Assembly (NCBI RefSeq): GCF_963921235.1
Contig: NC_086099.1
Span: 52,390,001 to 52,454,000 of the forward strand
Length of the DNA: 64,000 nucleotides
Source of the DNA: Mobula hypostoma
Lineage: Eukaryota
Reading direction: 5' to 3'
Shown here: in pieces, positions 1 to 12,454 of the stretch
Position numbering within the stretch: position 1 is the stretch's first letter
Layout of the letters: the number at the start of each line of letters is the position of its first letter
The notes under the pieces: generated by a model
Database searches by the model: none
The model's input: the letters and a program-made list of their open reading frames with translations, nothing else
What the model was told of the DNA's origin: nothing
Position numbers and translations under genes: made by a program

Positions 1-51
1 TGAGGTGTGCACATATGACATGCTGACAGAATGACATATGCCATTCACATA

Positions 52-1012
52 CCTTACTGCACACAATTCTCTGACACTTCTGCCACCTCCAACGGATCCC
101 ACCACATTTTTCCCTACGTCCCCACCCCCCCAGTTCCTGCTTTCTGCAGGAATCGCTCCCTGCACGACTACCTCGTCCATTCATCCCTAAGCATTAATCT
201 TCCTCCTGGCACTTATCCTTGCAAGCAGACAAGTGCTGCGCCTGCCCCTACACCTCCTCACTCACTACCATTCAGGGCCCTAAACAGTCCTTCCAGGTGA
301 GAAGACATTTCACCTGTGAGTCTGCTGGGGTCATATACTGTGTTCAGTGCTCACAGTGTGGCCTCTTGTATATCGGTGAGACCCAACGTAGATTGGGAGA
401 CCGCTTCATCGAGCACCTACACTCCATCCTCCAGAAAAAGCAGGATCCCCCAGTGGCCAACGTTTTTATTTCCACTTCCCATTCCCATTCCAAAATATCT
501 ATCCATGGCGTTCTCCACTGTCGTAATGAGGCCACACGTAGGTTGGAGGAACAATACCTTGTATTCTGTTTGGGTAGCCTCCAACTTTATAGCATGAATG
601 GTGATTTCTCAAATTTCCAGTAATGACCTCCACCCCCTCTCCTTCACCATTTCTCATCCCCTTTTCCGTCTCTCACCTGATCTTCTTGCCCGCCCACTGC
701 CTCCCTCTGGTACTCCTCCCCCACCCCCGTTCTTTCTTCCATGGCCTCTGTCTCTTCCACCAATCAAGTTCCCAGCTCTTTACTTCATCCCTCCCCTTCA
801 GATTTCATCTATCACCTGGTGTTTATCTCTCCTCTCCCCCTCCCCCACCTTTTTAAATCTACTCCCTAGCTTTGTTCTCCAGTCCTACTGAAGGCTTTTG
901 GCCCGAAACATCGAGTGTACTCTTTCCGTGGATGCTGCCTGGCCTGCTGAGTTCCTCCAGCATTTTGTGTGTGTATTGTTCGGATTTGCAGCATCTACAG
1001 AATTTCTCTCGT
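52..1012 (+). mobile_element. Penelope-like element 3' part (GIY-YIG endonuclease remnant plus 3' terminal repeat with degenerate hammerhead)
   Basis: ORF 219..623 reads VIYCVQCSQCGLLYIGETQRRLGDRFIEH (PLE GIY-YIG). It is followed by a pyrimidine-rich tract and the terminal motif agtcctactgaagg...cccgaaacatcga...gatgctgcctggcctgctgagttcctccagca. Confidence 0.9.
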
Positions 1013-2724
1013 TTGTACTTTTACATATAATGCATAATGAATTATATAGACAATAAAGAATGCTTAATCAAGCAATATATTTACAATATTACTGAAATAT
1101 TAAATACATATTAGTGAGTTCTGTGCCAATTTACATTACAGGCTTATTTTCATTTTTATCACACTTATAATTGTTAATATAATTTTGTTAATGTCAGGGC
1201 ATTGTTCTTTAATTTTTCCCATGTTCATGTACAACTTGCATGTAAATGCAGCTACAAATGCACCATTGTCCTAACTTTTCATGTCATTATTTGAATACAA
1301 CTATCATTTTCCAAACTGCTTCAGTTTTCATAAAAACAAGATCAGGAGTGAAGATTAAAATCTTACAATGAAGATGACTGATAAAATAGCCAAAGCTGTT
1401 TCTGGGGAATATCTTGTTATAGGACACCAATTCTCTTATAGGATCAGAGAGGCACAGAGAGAATTTGTATTTGCCAACAAGTAAATTTTATTGTTTCAAC
1501 TAAAAAGCACATGGGTTCACAAACTAACTAACTATATGCACACCCACTAGAATTCCCTGACCTTCCATGAGCAGTCAATGGAGGGAAAGGTATTAGCTAG
1601 GAAAGAAGCCTGCACTGGCCAGATATTCCCTGTGGTCCCGATCATGTGTTTGCGATGGTTGGTCTCTGGTTGCTGGAGAGTTATCAACGCTATAGATTTG
1701 GATCTCCTAACTCTTAAAGTGTTCTTCATCAGTTGAACTGGTGGATCTCCACCCCATTGGTTCAAGGTCACCTGACCTACTTGGGTCACCTTCCTGACTC
1801 TAGTCCAGGGTTACAACCAACAGTCTTGTGTATTTGCTCCTTTCAACTCTGACAGGTCCAAATCAGCAAACTAGGTGATCCAGACACAAAGTTTAGTGAG
1901 ATTACAGATCACTGGTCAGATTTATTAGAGGCATTATATAATATATAGCTACTCATCTGAAAATAGTCTCAGGTTTAGCAGGTCATTCACTGTAGTTCTT
2001 TGTATCCACGTTGAATTGCTCTGATTAAATTGTCCTAGAGAAAGAATCAGTTCAGATTTCACACAATGGGGGACGGATGGACAAAGACTATTGATTTGTA
2101 GGGTTCCCCTGTTCTTGATTCATCTGAATCCACTAATTTGTAGACTTCATTTCTTTTTGTCTACTTCCCCTGTCCTTGCCTCATTCAAATCCACTAATAT
2201 GAAGACTGTAGTTGCTTCTAGACAATAATCTTTTCATATAATGATTGGCTAGGATCTAGCATCCATTACCAGGGAAACAGTGAATGCAGATTCAACCAAT
2301 GACTTTCTGAAAAAAACTAGATAAGTATTTGAAAGGAAAATAAAACAGGAATATGAGGGGAGGCTGTGAGTGTGAGACAAGCTAGATTACTCTTCCATAA
2401 AATGTATAGACTTGATGAACCAAAATATTCACTCCATGATTTGTAACCATCTCAGTTGTATATTGGCAAGCTTATTAATTCTATTTGTGGGCCTAATTCT
2501 TGTACCGAAAACTGCCAGTTGTCCAACCCAAACCTAGCAAAGGAACCTCCTCAACCTGCTCATATTTTTCATTGGAGAATAATACGTCACACAACCAGGT
2601 ACAACAAAAACTTATCAGAGGTGAACAGGCCCACTTTGTGCCCAATCCTTGGAAATTATATAATACAGTAGCTTTATAAGGAAGGCCATTTATATACATA
2701 AATATTATTACAAGGACAAAGCAT

Positions 2725-2826
2725 TTGCAATACACACAAATGCTGAAGGAACTCAGCAGGTTAGGCAGCATCTATGGAAAGCAATAAACAGTTGATGTTT
2801 TGAGTGAGACCATTCATCAGGACTTG
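2725..2826 (-). mobile_element. Penelope-like 3' terminal fragment
   Basis: Reverse complement matches the PLE terminal motif (aaatgctgaaggaactcagcagg...ttcatcaggact). Confidence 0.75.
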
Positions 2827-2995
2827 CCCAGTCTCTGCCCACAAAGATTCTACATTGAGGGTTTCAGAGGGCAGAAATAAGTCTAGTTGTCGATAATAAA
2901 GAGAAGGCGCTTGGGAAGGTGAAAGGTCTGAAGGTAGATGAGGCACTTGGATCAAATGGACTGGGTTCTGACAGAGGGAGCTGAACAGATTGTGG

Positions 2996-3956
2996 TAGTG
3001 GTAGCATCCGTTAGTCTCGCGAGACCATGGATCTGCGCCTGGAAGGTCTTGCTTCAGTCTGTGTTAGAGCAGCGTCTGTTGTGGCTGTAGAGGTCCACAC
3101 GGGAGTGACAGTCTCGGCTGCAGCGACTGCACTTGAAGGCATTGTCCTCCAGTGTTGTCTTGGTGCTGTTTTTCTGATGAGTGTGCTTCTCTTCAGCAGC
3201 AAGCCTCAGCTTCTCTTCTCTTTTTAGACCTCTGCGTAGTACCAGCCTCCAGTGAGAGTGATCATTTACGATGTCCTCCCACCTCTCGATGTTCATTTTC
3301 AGTGACTTCATGTCTCTCTTGCAAACGTCTTTGAAACGAAGATGGGGCCGCCCTTGTGCTCTCTTGCCTGAGGCCAGTTCCCCGTACAGCAGGTCTTTCG
3401 GGATCTTCCCGTCTGACATGCGGTGTACGTGGCCCAGCCAGCGGAGACGGCATTGTTGGAGCAGGGTAAAGAGACTGGGTATCTGGGCACGGGCCAGGAC
3501 CTCATTGTTGGTGACTCGGTCAGTCTATGTGATGTCCAGGATGCGTCTCCGGCTGCAAAGGTGGAAGGCGTTGAGACGCCGCTCTTGTCTGTAGTAGAGG
3601 CTCCAGGTCTCGCTGCCGTAAAGCAGTGTGCTGAGGACGCAGGCCCTGTAGACTGCAACTTTGGTGTGTATCATCAGCTTTCTGTTCTCCCAGACTCTCT
3701 TTGTCAGCCTGGCGAAAGTTGAGGCTGCTCGTCCGATCCGTCTATTTATCATGGAGGAACTTGATGAATTGCTGACTGCCGAAGAGCTGGGTAAAGCCAT
3801 CGACAGCCTGCCCACTGGGAAGGCACCAGGATTGGATGGCATTCCACCAGAGGCCATCAAATGTGCAAAGGGCGTCCTGCTAAACCACCTGCACGAACTA
3901 CTGTGCCAGTGCTGGATAGAGGGAGCAGTGCCTCAAGACATGAGAGACTGCAACAT
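2996..3956 (-). mobile_element. RTE-clade LINE, 5'-truncated with 5' inversion, inserted in a CR1 fragment
   Basis: Minus ORFs give LLYGSETW and IPKDLLYGEL (RTE C-terminus). The inverted + segment ~3747-3956 gives GKAPGLDGIPPE...VPQDMRD. Perfect 14-bp TSD tgaacagattgtgg at 2982-2995 and 3957-3970. Confidence 0.9.
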
Positions 3957-3970
3957 TGAACAGATTGTGG

Positions 3971-4320
3971 AGGTATTAATAATGATCTTTCAAGAATCAT
4001 TAGATTCTGGAATGGTTCCAGAGGACTGCAAAACTACAAATGTCACTCCACTCTTTAAGAAGGGAGGGAGGCAGAAAAAAGGAAATTGTAGGCCAGTTAG
4101 CCTGACCTTGGTTGTTGGGAAGATTTTTGGAGTCCACTATTGAGGATGAAGTTTCAGAGTACTTGGAGACATGTGATAAATTAAGCCAAAGATAGCATGG
4201 TTTCCTTAAGGAGAAATTTTACCTGACAAATCTGTTGGAATTCTTTAGGGAAATAACAAGCAACATAGTCAAAGGAGAGTCAGTGGATGTTGTTTATTTG
4301 GATTTTCAGAAAGTCTTTCA
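3971..4320 (+). mobile_element. CR1 LINE ORF2 (RT) fragment; its upstream part lies at ~2890-2995
   Basis: Translates IFQESLDSGMVPED...TPLFKKGGRQKKGNCRPVSLT, then a VDVVYLDFQK-like motif. Confidence 0.85.
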
Positions 4321-5594
4321 TTAAAGTACAAGAATGAGTCCATAATGCGAAATTGCATACTTTTGACTTTGACCAAATCAATGATCTGTGCAGTTTATTT
4401 CAAAAAATTACTGAAAGTCTACAATATTGTGCCACAAAACTATTACTAACATAAATTATATATGAGGTTGTATTGATCAAACAACCTTTAAAAAGTTTAG
4501 AACTTCATCTCAAATACAGTTTTCTGTTCCTACCATAGGCTTACAGGAAGATTTACAAAGCAATTGGCTGTTAGAAAGTTTTAATCCATCCAACCCATCT
4601 ATCTTCTGTATTCCATTGGCACAGAGATGAAACATTTTAGTTTGAAAAAAACAGGGGCTGGAAATGTATTGAAAGCTGTGTCTACCTCACTGCCATAAAC
4701 AAAATATTCATCACCATTTGCAAGAAATCTTTCAATTATTGAAACATAACAGATTGTGCAACTCTATGGATGAGAAAAAGAGATGATTAGAGGATTTTGT
4801 TTACTGAAGCTACACCATATCTATATATCATGCTTGGAGAATAAAGTTGACAACAACTGTCCTTTTACTGTCCTTAGCTATGGATTGTCAAATTAACCCA
4901 GACCGGCCACTCATTTCCTCATATCTTCGAAACACACTAAAATGACGCCAAACACATTCAGGTATATAATTTATACCATAATGATGGCCACAGAAACTTG
5001 CAGGCAATTCACTATGCATGTTATAATGATTCCAGACAACTTGCATGCTTTTGCCTCCTACAAGCTATAATGATGTATTTGTCTATGGATACCTGTTTGT
5101 GAACATCAGTCATGTCTTCCCTTGATTCAATCTAATCAAATCCACTTCCCTATCCAAACAAAAACAAATTTCCAAACCTTATAGCTGTCATTATTTTCTC
5201 CTATGAATCATTTGGGCATGCACTCTTTGAGAACTGCGTCATTTTTGCCATTCACTGGCAGGAAATGCACTGATTGTGGCACACCACCACATTGTTGATG
5301 ACTTAGTGGTATCAAATTTTATTTGCGCCCTTGGGCAAGCATTCCTCCTATTGTACTTTCTCACTCTCAGTTGTTTTTTCAACAAAACCTTTAAGAACAA
5401 CATAAAAACAACACAACAGAACTCAGAAAAGTCTACAATCTGGTATCTTTTAAGCAAATAATGAAATAATGAAGATGGAAATTCTGCTTTGGCATCACAC
5501 ATTGCTTTGTTGAACGCTGTTAAATATAGCCTGTTTATTAAGTGTTTTTTTTTCATTTAATATAAAGTCATTGGTTCATCAATGTTGCTATAGC

Positions 5595-6185
5595 TGGAGG
5601 TGGTAGTGGGGATAAGTTCCCATCACCTATTAAATATTCCTAAGGGTGTGCGTCTCAAATAGCCTCTGACAACCAAGTCCAGCTCCTGGCCTTCATATAT
5701 GGCTTAGCTGATATGCCCAGCGGAACCATTTCCACTGACAGGAGATGGGGAAAACTCAGGTTACTGGCACCTTAAAATTAGTCAGTTTAGGCAGATGAGG
5801 CCTGGCAGCCATGGTTGGCAGCTCACCTAGGTGAAGGACAGCTCCGATCTTAAACCTTCACTGCCTTGCAACTATGCCCATTCATAGGGAAGGCTTCAGG
5901 AGTAAAACCTGAGAGAAATATCTGGAGCTGGAGTCCCTAAGGCAGTCCCACATTGAGTTCAACGCTGACTGGCAACTCCTGCAATGCCACTGGTGCCAAA
6001 CTGTATCGGTCTCTACTTTTCCTTTGGATTCATCAGGTGCATGGACTGGGGGAGCCTGCTACACAGGCAGCAGGTTTGTCCTCATATCGTACTGCCCAAG
6101 CTTGCATACAGGTTTGCGTATCTTGCAGACAGCTGGGTAGCAACATCCATGTTAAACCCCCGACTGACAGGGTGCCTCAAGGATA
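5595..6185 (+). mobile_element. Probable non-autonomous retroelement resembling an RTE-type 5' UTR
   Basis: GC-richer block in AT-rich flanks with motifs typical of RTE-derived SINE-like elements (ctcaaatagcctctgacaaccaagtccagc, ggcagctcacctaggtgaagg). No ORF. Confidence 0.4.
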
Positions 6186-6409
6186 AAGTGACAGAAATAT
6201 AAATAAATGCTTTCTTAAACAAAGCAATAATTAGCTGGCACTAACTAGAAATAATTTCAGGATTAAGCGGATTAATGAATCTAGTAATATAAAATGAATT
6301 AATAAACCAATACACAATAATTCAGGTTTATTATGGAACTGTAAGTAAGTGAGACGGAGTGCCAAGCTCTGGTTCTTTTTAATCTCTCATTTATTCTTTC
6401 CACAGAAAG

Positions 6410-7210
6410 CCTTCCACTAGTTAAATAAGAGGAAGGACTGCAGACTAAATATCTGGAAGACAAAGGTCTTCATCGACTACTTTGCCACACAATATCACTC
6501 CCCAGTAATTAAATACTATGATGAAACCCTGATCAAGTTGGATCACTTCTCATTATTCAGGAGCCACCTCTCAACAAGGGCACACGTATATGTCGAGATC
6601 AAATCAAATCCATCAATGCATCTGTCAGCCAAACACTGAAAAGGAGCATAGGATAACCAAGACATCAAACCTAGCACCGAGCTCAAGGTCTGCCAATCCA
6701 CACTGAGTTCCACCTTCTTGCATTCATCAGATATCAAAGTCTCTCCTGTAGCCAAACTAAACCAACTGTGCCTCTGAAAAACCCTCTGTATCTTGTCCGT
6801 GGTGAACACATTCAGCAATGATACACTGATCACCCTCAGCCTGCCCTGGTGGGGCACCATATTCTCCATTACAGAGCCAGAGAAGACATTAGCAGTTGGA
6901 CAGGGCGCACTTCAAGGACAGCCTCAGAGTGCCTTTTAAGAAATATGACATCCTCACAAACACATGGTAGGCCCTAACCCAATATCATTCAAACCAGCAG
7001 GGAAATTTACAGTAAGGCACCAACCATCTCGGATCTAACAGTGTACATGAAGTCCAAGCACAGTGGAAGAAGCCCTCAATCCAACTATCTATCTACCTGC
7101 CTCATTAAGCTACACGTGTCCCACCAGTGACAGAGTTTGTGGAACCCCCATTTTTGCAAATGGAAGCAAGTTATCCTCAGCTCCAAGGGATTACTTAGGA
7201 AGATGAAGAT
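6410..7210 (+). mobile_element. Highly decayed RTE LINE 3' portion
   Basis: Remnants of GLxLNIxKTKV and KRFKDxL motifs, plus an RTE-like tail ggaagcaagttatcctc...aggaagatgaaga. Confidence 0.55.
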
Positions 7211-7506
7211 TCCATCACTTTGAAAGAACACAACAGAAACTTATTTGTGTATTCCAGTGAAACTGTACTTTAGCAGAAATAGTTCTAACCTCTTATTTCA
7301 GTACTGTGAGGCCTCAAAGCTGCTAATTGTTATTTCCTAACAATTTGCATAAAGAAAGATATCACAGCTGTGCCTGCCTGCTGAAATTGTTAGTTGTAAA
7401 AATAGATAGAATTATAATAGTCAGGTCTTGCAATATAAATTACATTTTGCTTGAAATCTGGAAAATGTAATTAATTAACAATGTCCTCAAACATCTAATA
7501 TAACGT

Positions 7507-7543
7507 AACACTCATCAAAGTTGCTGGTGAACGCCGCGGGCGT
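7507..7543 (-). mobile_element. 37-bp Penelope-terminus insertion with fold-back end
   Basis: catcaaagttgctggtgaacgc is identical to the left arm of the element at 17644. Flanked by a perfect 13-bp TSD tctaatataacgt (7494-7506, 7544-7556). Confidence 0.8.
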
Positions 7544-7587
7544 TCTAATATAACGTTCTATTTTTAATGAATGTCCTGAAAATGTAT

Positions 7588-7924
7588 TGTGGTGTTCCGG
7601 GGGCATGGTCGATAGCCTGCTCCAGCATTCCTAGTGACCAGTTCTATTTATTGTTCTCGATTTAAAATGGGATTATGATGGGATGTTCAAGTTCATTTAT
7701 TGTTAGATTTTAGCATGGGATATACAGTTATTCTTGTGTGTTTGTGGGTCACCCTGACTGTAACCAGGATGTGTGATCATCACCTCCTCCTTCTGTATGT
7801 GACTGAATGGGTTCTCTTACTGGGTCATAGCACCCAGTCTGTTTTTGTGTTTGTTGCAGTAAAGACATTAGTTGAGATGAACAAGCTTTTCCTGTCTGTC
7901 ATCATGGACTGAGTGCTCGCCACA
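7588..7924 (+). repeat. 5' LTR of Gypsy element 1
   Basis: tgtgg...gccaca; clear homology to 10815-11124 (gtgtgtttgtgggtcaccctgactgta, tctgtcatcatggac). Confidence 0.85.
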
Positions 7925-7925
7925 T

Positions 7926-7943
7926 TGGTGTCAGGAGTGAGAT
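7926..7943 (+). promoter_or_regulatory. Primer-binding site, tRNA-Leu(CAG)-like
   Basis: tggtgtcaggagtgagat lies directly after the LTR and is complementary to the tRNA-Leu 3' end with one mismatch. Confidence 0.85.
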
Positions 7944-10814
7944 CGGAAATTGACGGCGAAATCGAGGAGCTACAATGTCAGATGGAACATCTTAAGACCT
8001 GGGGAATAAGTTAGGGACTGAGCAGTATGCCTCACCTGCACACCTGAGCTGGGCTCTGAAAGACGGGTCATCGACCAGGAGGGAGGGCCTGTGCATTCCC
8101 AGTGGACCCCGACCGGGCCAGCGTACTCAGGCCCCCAACCCAGGAGACACAGCAGAGTGCATCACCTGCCACTCTCGTGGCCCGGCCTGGGGAACCCAAG
8201 ACGCCGCAGCCATGGCAGGATGAGCAACGCGGGAAGCACCACCAATTCCGCTGAAGAAAGAGGAGGACCAAGGGGCTCCAGAAACTAATGCCACAAGGTC
8301 CACCCTGAAGCTCCCCAAATGCAAAGGTACTAGCTGCCTGGAACCTTACCTGGTGCAAGTCCAACTTGCCGCATAGCACAATGGGTGGAGCCCCACGAGA
8401 TGGCAGAGCACCTTGCCTTGACACTGGAGGGGGTTGCCCTGCGGGCCCTGATTGACCAATTGCTGGCTAAGCAGGGCTCTCACAGTGGCGCTGGAGCAAT
8501 GTTTCGAGCTGAGGTCACTGGAGGAAGCAATGAGCGAAGAACTGGACAGCAGATGGCACTGAGTGGGAAAAGCTTGGTGACATTTGCAGCAGATCTCTGC
8601 TACTGTGCTCAGCACATCTACCCCCAGTTCCCTTCCATGGCCCAGGAAGAGCTTGCCCTTCACATCTTTGTTAAGGTGCTGCCCCAAAGCGCCTTCAGCG
8701 GCACATTCGCCTGACATCACCGTCATTGCTAGCCAAGGTGCTGGCAGAGGTGGAGAGGGCAGAAGCAGTTTTAGCCACCTGGCCCTAAAGGCATTCCAGT
8801 GTTGCCCAAGATCTCCAGCAGTATTCCTCCGTTGTTGCCTCCCTGGGTGGGCCATCTGGGTGAAGAGCAAGGCTTGTACGTGGATTGCATGGTGGAGGGC
8901 ATCAGATGCAGTGCGTTGGTGGACACGGGGTCAACCATCACCATCATCTGTCCGCGTGTCCTCCCCTACACGGAACAGCCAACCCCACCGGGGTAGACAA
9001 CGATGGCAGTCCAGCTGGCTACCATGAGAGGGAAGAGGTGGCTGCGCATGACGGCAGAGCATGAGGTGTGGCTCGCCAACGTGCGCGACTCCTGCAACAC
9101 TGGACAGGACCTGCTGCCTCACCGGGGGGCCGGTGCGGATGTGCCGGGGGCAACACTCTACCCCAGCACTGAAGCCGTGGCTTTGCGGCAGGGCAGCTTC
9201 GGGACAGATCGGCTGATGGTTCCCGCTTCACACAGACCACGCATTACCGACCTGCCTATTGGGCTTTGCGCGGAGCCTCTAGCACAGCATTGTAAGCTCT
9301 CCAGGACTACGAGCCTGAGATACAACAACATGCCGAAAGGCCGACGCCTTCTCTCACTCTCCCTGTGAGGCCACCGAGTGTCGCTACTGTTGCCCCTTCG
9401 AGGAGCCGAGCCAGGGGCAAGCAGCGGTGGTGGTGACAGCCGGCAGCGACGCCCCCCTCCCCCACCGTGGACCTGCAACAGCTGCGCAGCGAGCAGGTGA
9501 GCGATCCCCTGCTGCCCAGGTGAGGGGATGGCTAAGAGTGGGACGACGGGCAGCGAGTTCTCTGCAATGGATCCAGAGACCAAAGCCCTGTGCTCTCAGT
9601 GGGCGCGCTGAAGGTGCACGACTGGTTGCTGTTCTGGTGGTGGCAGTTTCCCGGCGGCAACGGACATCTCCTGCAGCTGGCGGTCCCCCGGGAGCTCCGC
9701 ACCACGGTGCTGTGGTTGGTGCACGAGCTGGTGGGGGGCAGCCATTTCGGGATTGCAAAGTCATTAGACAAGCTGCAGGAGCGCTTCTATTGGCCTGGGT
9801 GCAGGCAGGACGTGGAGCTGTCCGTGCATTGCTGCAATGCTTCCACGAACCAGAAGCAGCCGGGCAGCCAGTGAAGGGCACCTTGTGGGGGCCCAAATGG
9901 AGCACATACGGGTTGACATTGTGTGTCCTTTCCCCTGCATAGGTGCTGAGAATTGCTATGTCCTCATAGCCAAGGATCACTTCAGAAAGTGGCCAGAGTT
10001 ATACAGGGTGCCTGCCCACCACTGAGAGACCCATGGGGGAGTTCTTCTACCATTCCAGTGCCTCTGAGTCTGCCAGCAGCTGGGAATCAACAAAACGTGG
10101 ACCACCCCTTTTCCCCCACAAAGTGACAGGCTGGTGCAGTGTTTTGACTGCATCCTGGCATCAACGCAATTTGCATTACCACTCACTCTAGTATTGTGGA
10201 CATACCACATGGCAATTCAGGAGAGCACCAGGTGTACGCCGGCTGTGCTCATGTTTGGGTGGGAGCAGCACACACCGGTAGATCTGTTATTTGCCCCCGA
10301 CTCCTGAGCTAAGGATTCCTGGGGAGGCTGGGTTGGAGTATCTGCAGCACCTGTGGGCTGCTCATGATGCGGCTCGGCAGAACCAAAGCACAGCCAGCGG
10401 CTGCTAAAAATGGGCTTATGATGCCCGCAGCCAGGACAGGACTTTACTGGGGGTGGACAGATTTGGGTCTACTGCCCCTCCTGGAGGAAAGGACAACTTC
10501 CCAAGCTGGAAAGCCACTGGAAGGGGCCGGGAGATCAGCTCAACCTCATCTCCAATGTGGTACAACTGGTGTGGTTGCCTGAGCGGAAGGCAGTCGTGCT
10601 GCACTGGGATCAGCTAGCTCAGTGTCAGCCCTTGGCCACCACCTACTAAGGAGCATGAAGGAAGGAAGTGACGGTCCGAATGCCCCACCTTGTGCCTCAC
10701 CAAACAGTGCCTCTCCACCCTCTCCCCCCCCGTGGTGACCACCACCATGATTCTTGGATTTTGTTGTGGACTCTTAGGGCTTCCAGGGATGGGTGACCCC
10801 TCAGGTGGGGGCAG

Positions 10815-11124
10815 TTTGGCGCCCCAGAGGCATGGTGGACAGCTGGCCCTAGTTATTTATTGTTCTTGGGATTATGGTGAGATGTTCAAGCTCATTTATT
10901 GTTACGTTTTCGCTTGGGTTATACAGTAATTTACTGGTGTGTTTGTGGGTCACCCTGACTGTAGCTAGGGTGTGTAATAATCACCTGTCCCATCTGTATG
11001 TGACTGAGTGGGTTCCCTCGCTGGGATATTGTGCCTGGTATATTTTTGTGCTTGTCACAGTAAAGATGTCAGATGAGATGAATGAGCTTTTCTCATCTGT
11101 CATCATGGACCGAATGCTCACCAC
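10815..11124 (+). repeat. 3' LTR of Gypsy element 1
   Basis: Follows the polypurine tract; homologous to 7588-7924. Confidence 0.85.
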
Positions 11125-11889
11125 TGTACTTATACAGGAAAGCACATGTGAGGCTGTATTTACACACCCAATGAATTTTGTGTGAGAGTAAGAGGTCAGC
11201 AAAATTCTGCAAACCGTCAATTCCTGAAGAATTTGTGCCTTAACTTTCTTTAAATTTTGCAACCTTGAGATGCACCACCAATGATGTTCATGTGGCAAGC
11301 AGTGCATTAGGTTTAAAGTTTATTATAGAGAATTGTGATATTAGATTTTTAAAAAATCTCTTTAGTTCAGCTACTACCTTTCCCACCCCACTGAAGCTTT
11401 TGATAATACTTCAAAGGATCTCTTTTGAAAATGTTCATGAAGCAAATTACATGCATTGATAAGTTACTTCTCTGTAGAACATAAATATGTGGATATAAAA
11501 TCCGTTGTGTGCCATTTTTAAAATGTTAACTCATATATATTAATTTCATGACTGAGCTACTTTTAATATCTCATTATCCAGTAAACAAATTAAAAACTTT
11601 TATATCAGTACCATTTTGATTCAGATTTTAAGGCACTGGCACTGCTCTCCATCATTAATTTTTCATTCCCTTTATCCCTGCAGTAGACACAGAGAGAAGT
11701 TCCAGATAACACCAGTCAAAGTCACAAATGTCCTCCCACTGGGAGCTTAATTTGGCTCTCACCAGCTATGATCCTTATGCCACAAACAAGAGAACCTCTT
11801 CTGAATTTACATCTGCTCCATGACAATATTCCTGAATATTACCTTGATGACAACTATGACATCTTATTCAAAGTTGAAGCATTCCAAAG

Positions 11890-12452
11890 GCAGAGGCCAG
11901 CAATGCCCAAGGATGAAGACCTGAGGCTTATGAGGCCCCAAGAAAATGGCAGGTGATTCACAAGATCAGTGAGTCCTGGGGTTGGAGCTCTGAGGTCAGC
12001 GGGTCCTGAAACTGGAGGGCACTGATTGGTCAGTGGTTTTGAGGTCAGATGTCCATGATTGGCGAGTCTTGGATTATAGCTCAGAGTTCCTCTAGTTTGG
12101 AGGCTGAAGCCACTGGGTCAGCAAATCCAGTGATAGGAGACCCAATTTCAGTAAGTTCTGGCCCATAATATGAAGTTCAGAGACCTGGAGGTGGTGTCTC
12201 CTCAGGGTGGATGTCTGTGCATATGGGTTGGGGGGGGGGTGTGGGAGACGGTTGTTCTATTGTTTTTGCTTGTATGTCGGGTGAGCGTTGTTCTGATGAA
12301 CATTGTAGGCATGCTAAGTTGGAGCCAGAAAATGTGGCAACACTTCTGGGCCGCCCTCAGCACATCCACAAACTATGCTGCTTGTTAAATGCAAAGAACG
12401 CATGTCACTGAATGTTTTGATATACATGTGATTAATAAATAAATCTAAATCT
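11890..12452 (+). mobile_element. Non-autonomous retroelement with Rex1-like 3' tail
   Basis: Ends aataaatctaaatct and shares blocks with 40540-41200 (ttgttctg..gagcat..g.gcatgcta, tgtggcaacactt). Confidence 0.5.
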
Positions 12453-12454
12453 AC

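Larger units (their letters stand above)
7588..11124 (+). mobile_element. Gypsy LTR retrotransposon, decayed, RT and most RNase H deleted
   Basis: Paired LTRs and a tRNA-Leu PBS. Protease ALVDTGSTITII (~8910), RNase H tail LQDYEPEI..ADAFS (~9300), integrase HHCC region HELVGGSHFG...FYWPG, core VDIVCPFP and WKGP module. PPT ggtgggggcag before the 3' LTR; flanks tgtat/tgtac. Confidence 0.9.

Noticed and set aside
598-891. Proline/serine-rich ORFs (also ~29770 and ~52808)
   Set aside because: Translations of the pyrimidine-rich PLE 3' tract.
9158-9980. Multiple long overlapping ORFs
   Set aside because: GC-rich decayed Gypsy sequence; shadow frames.
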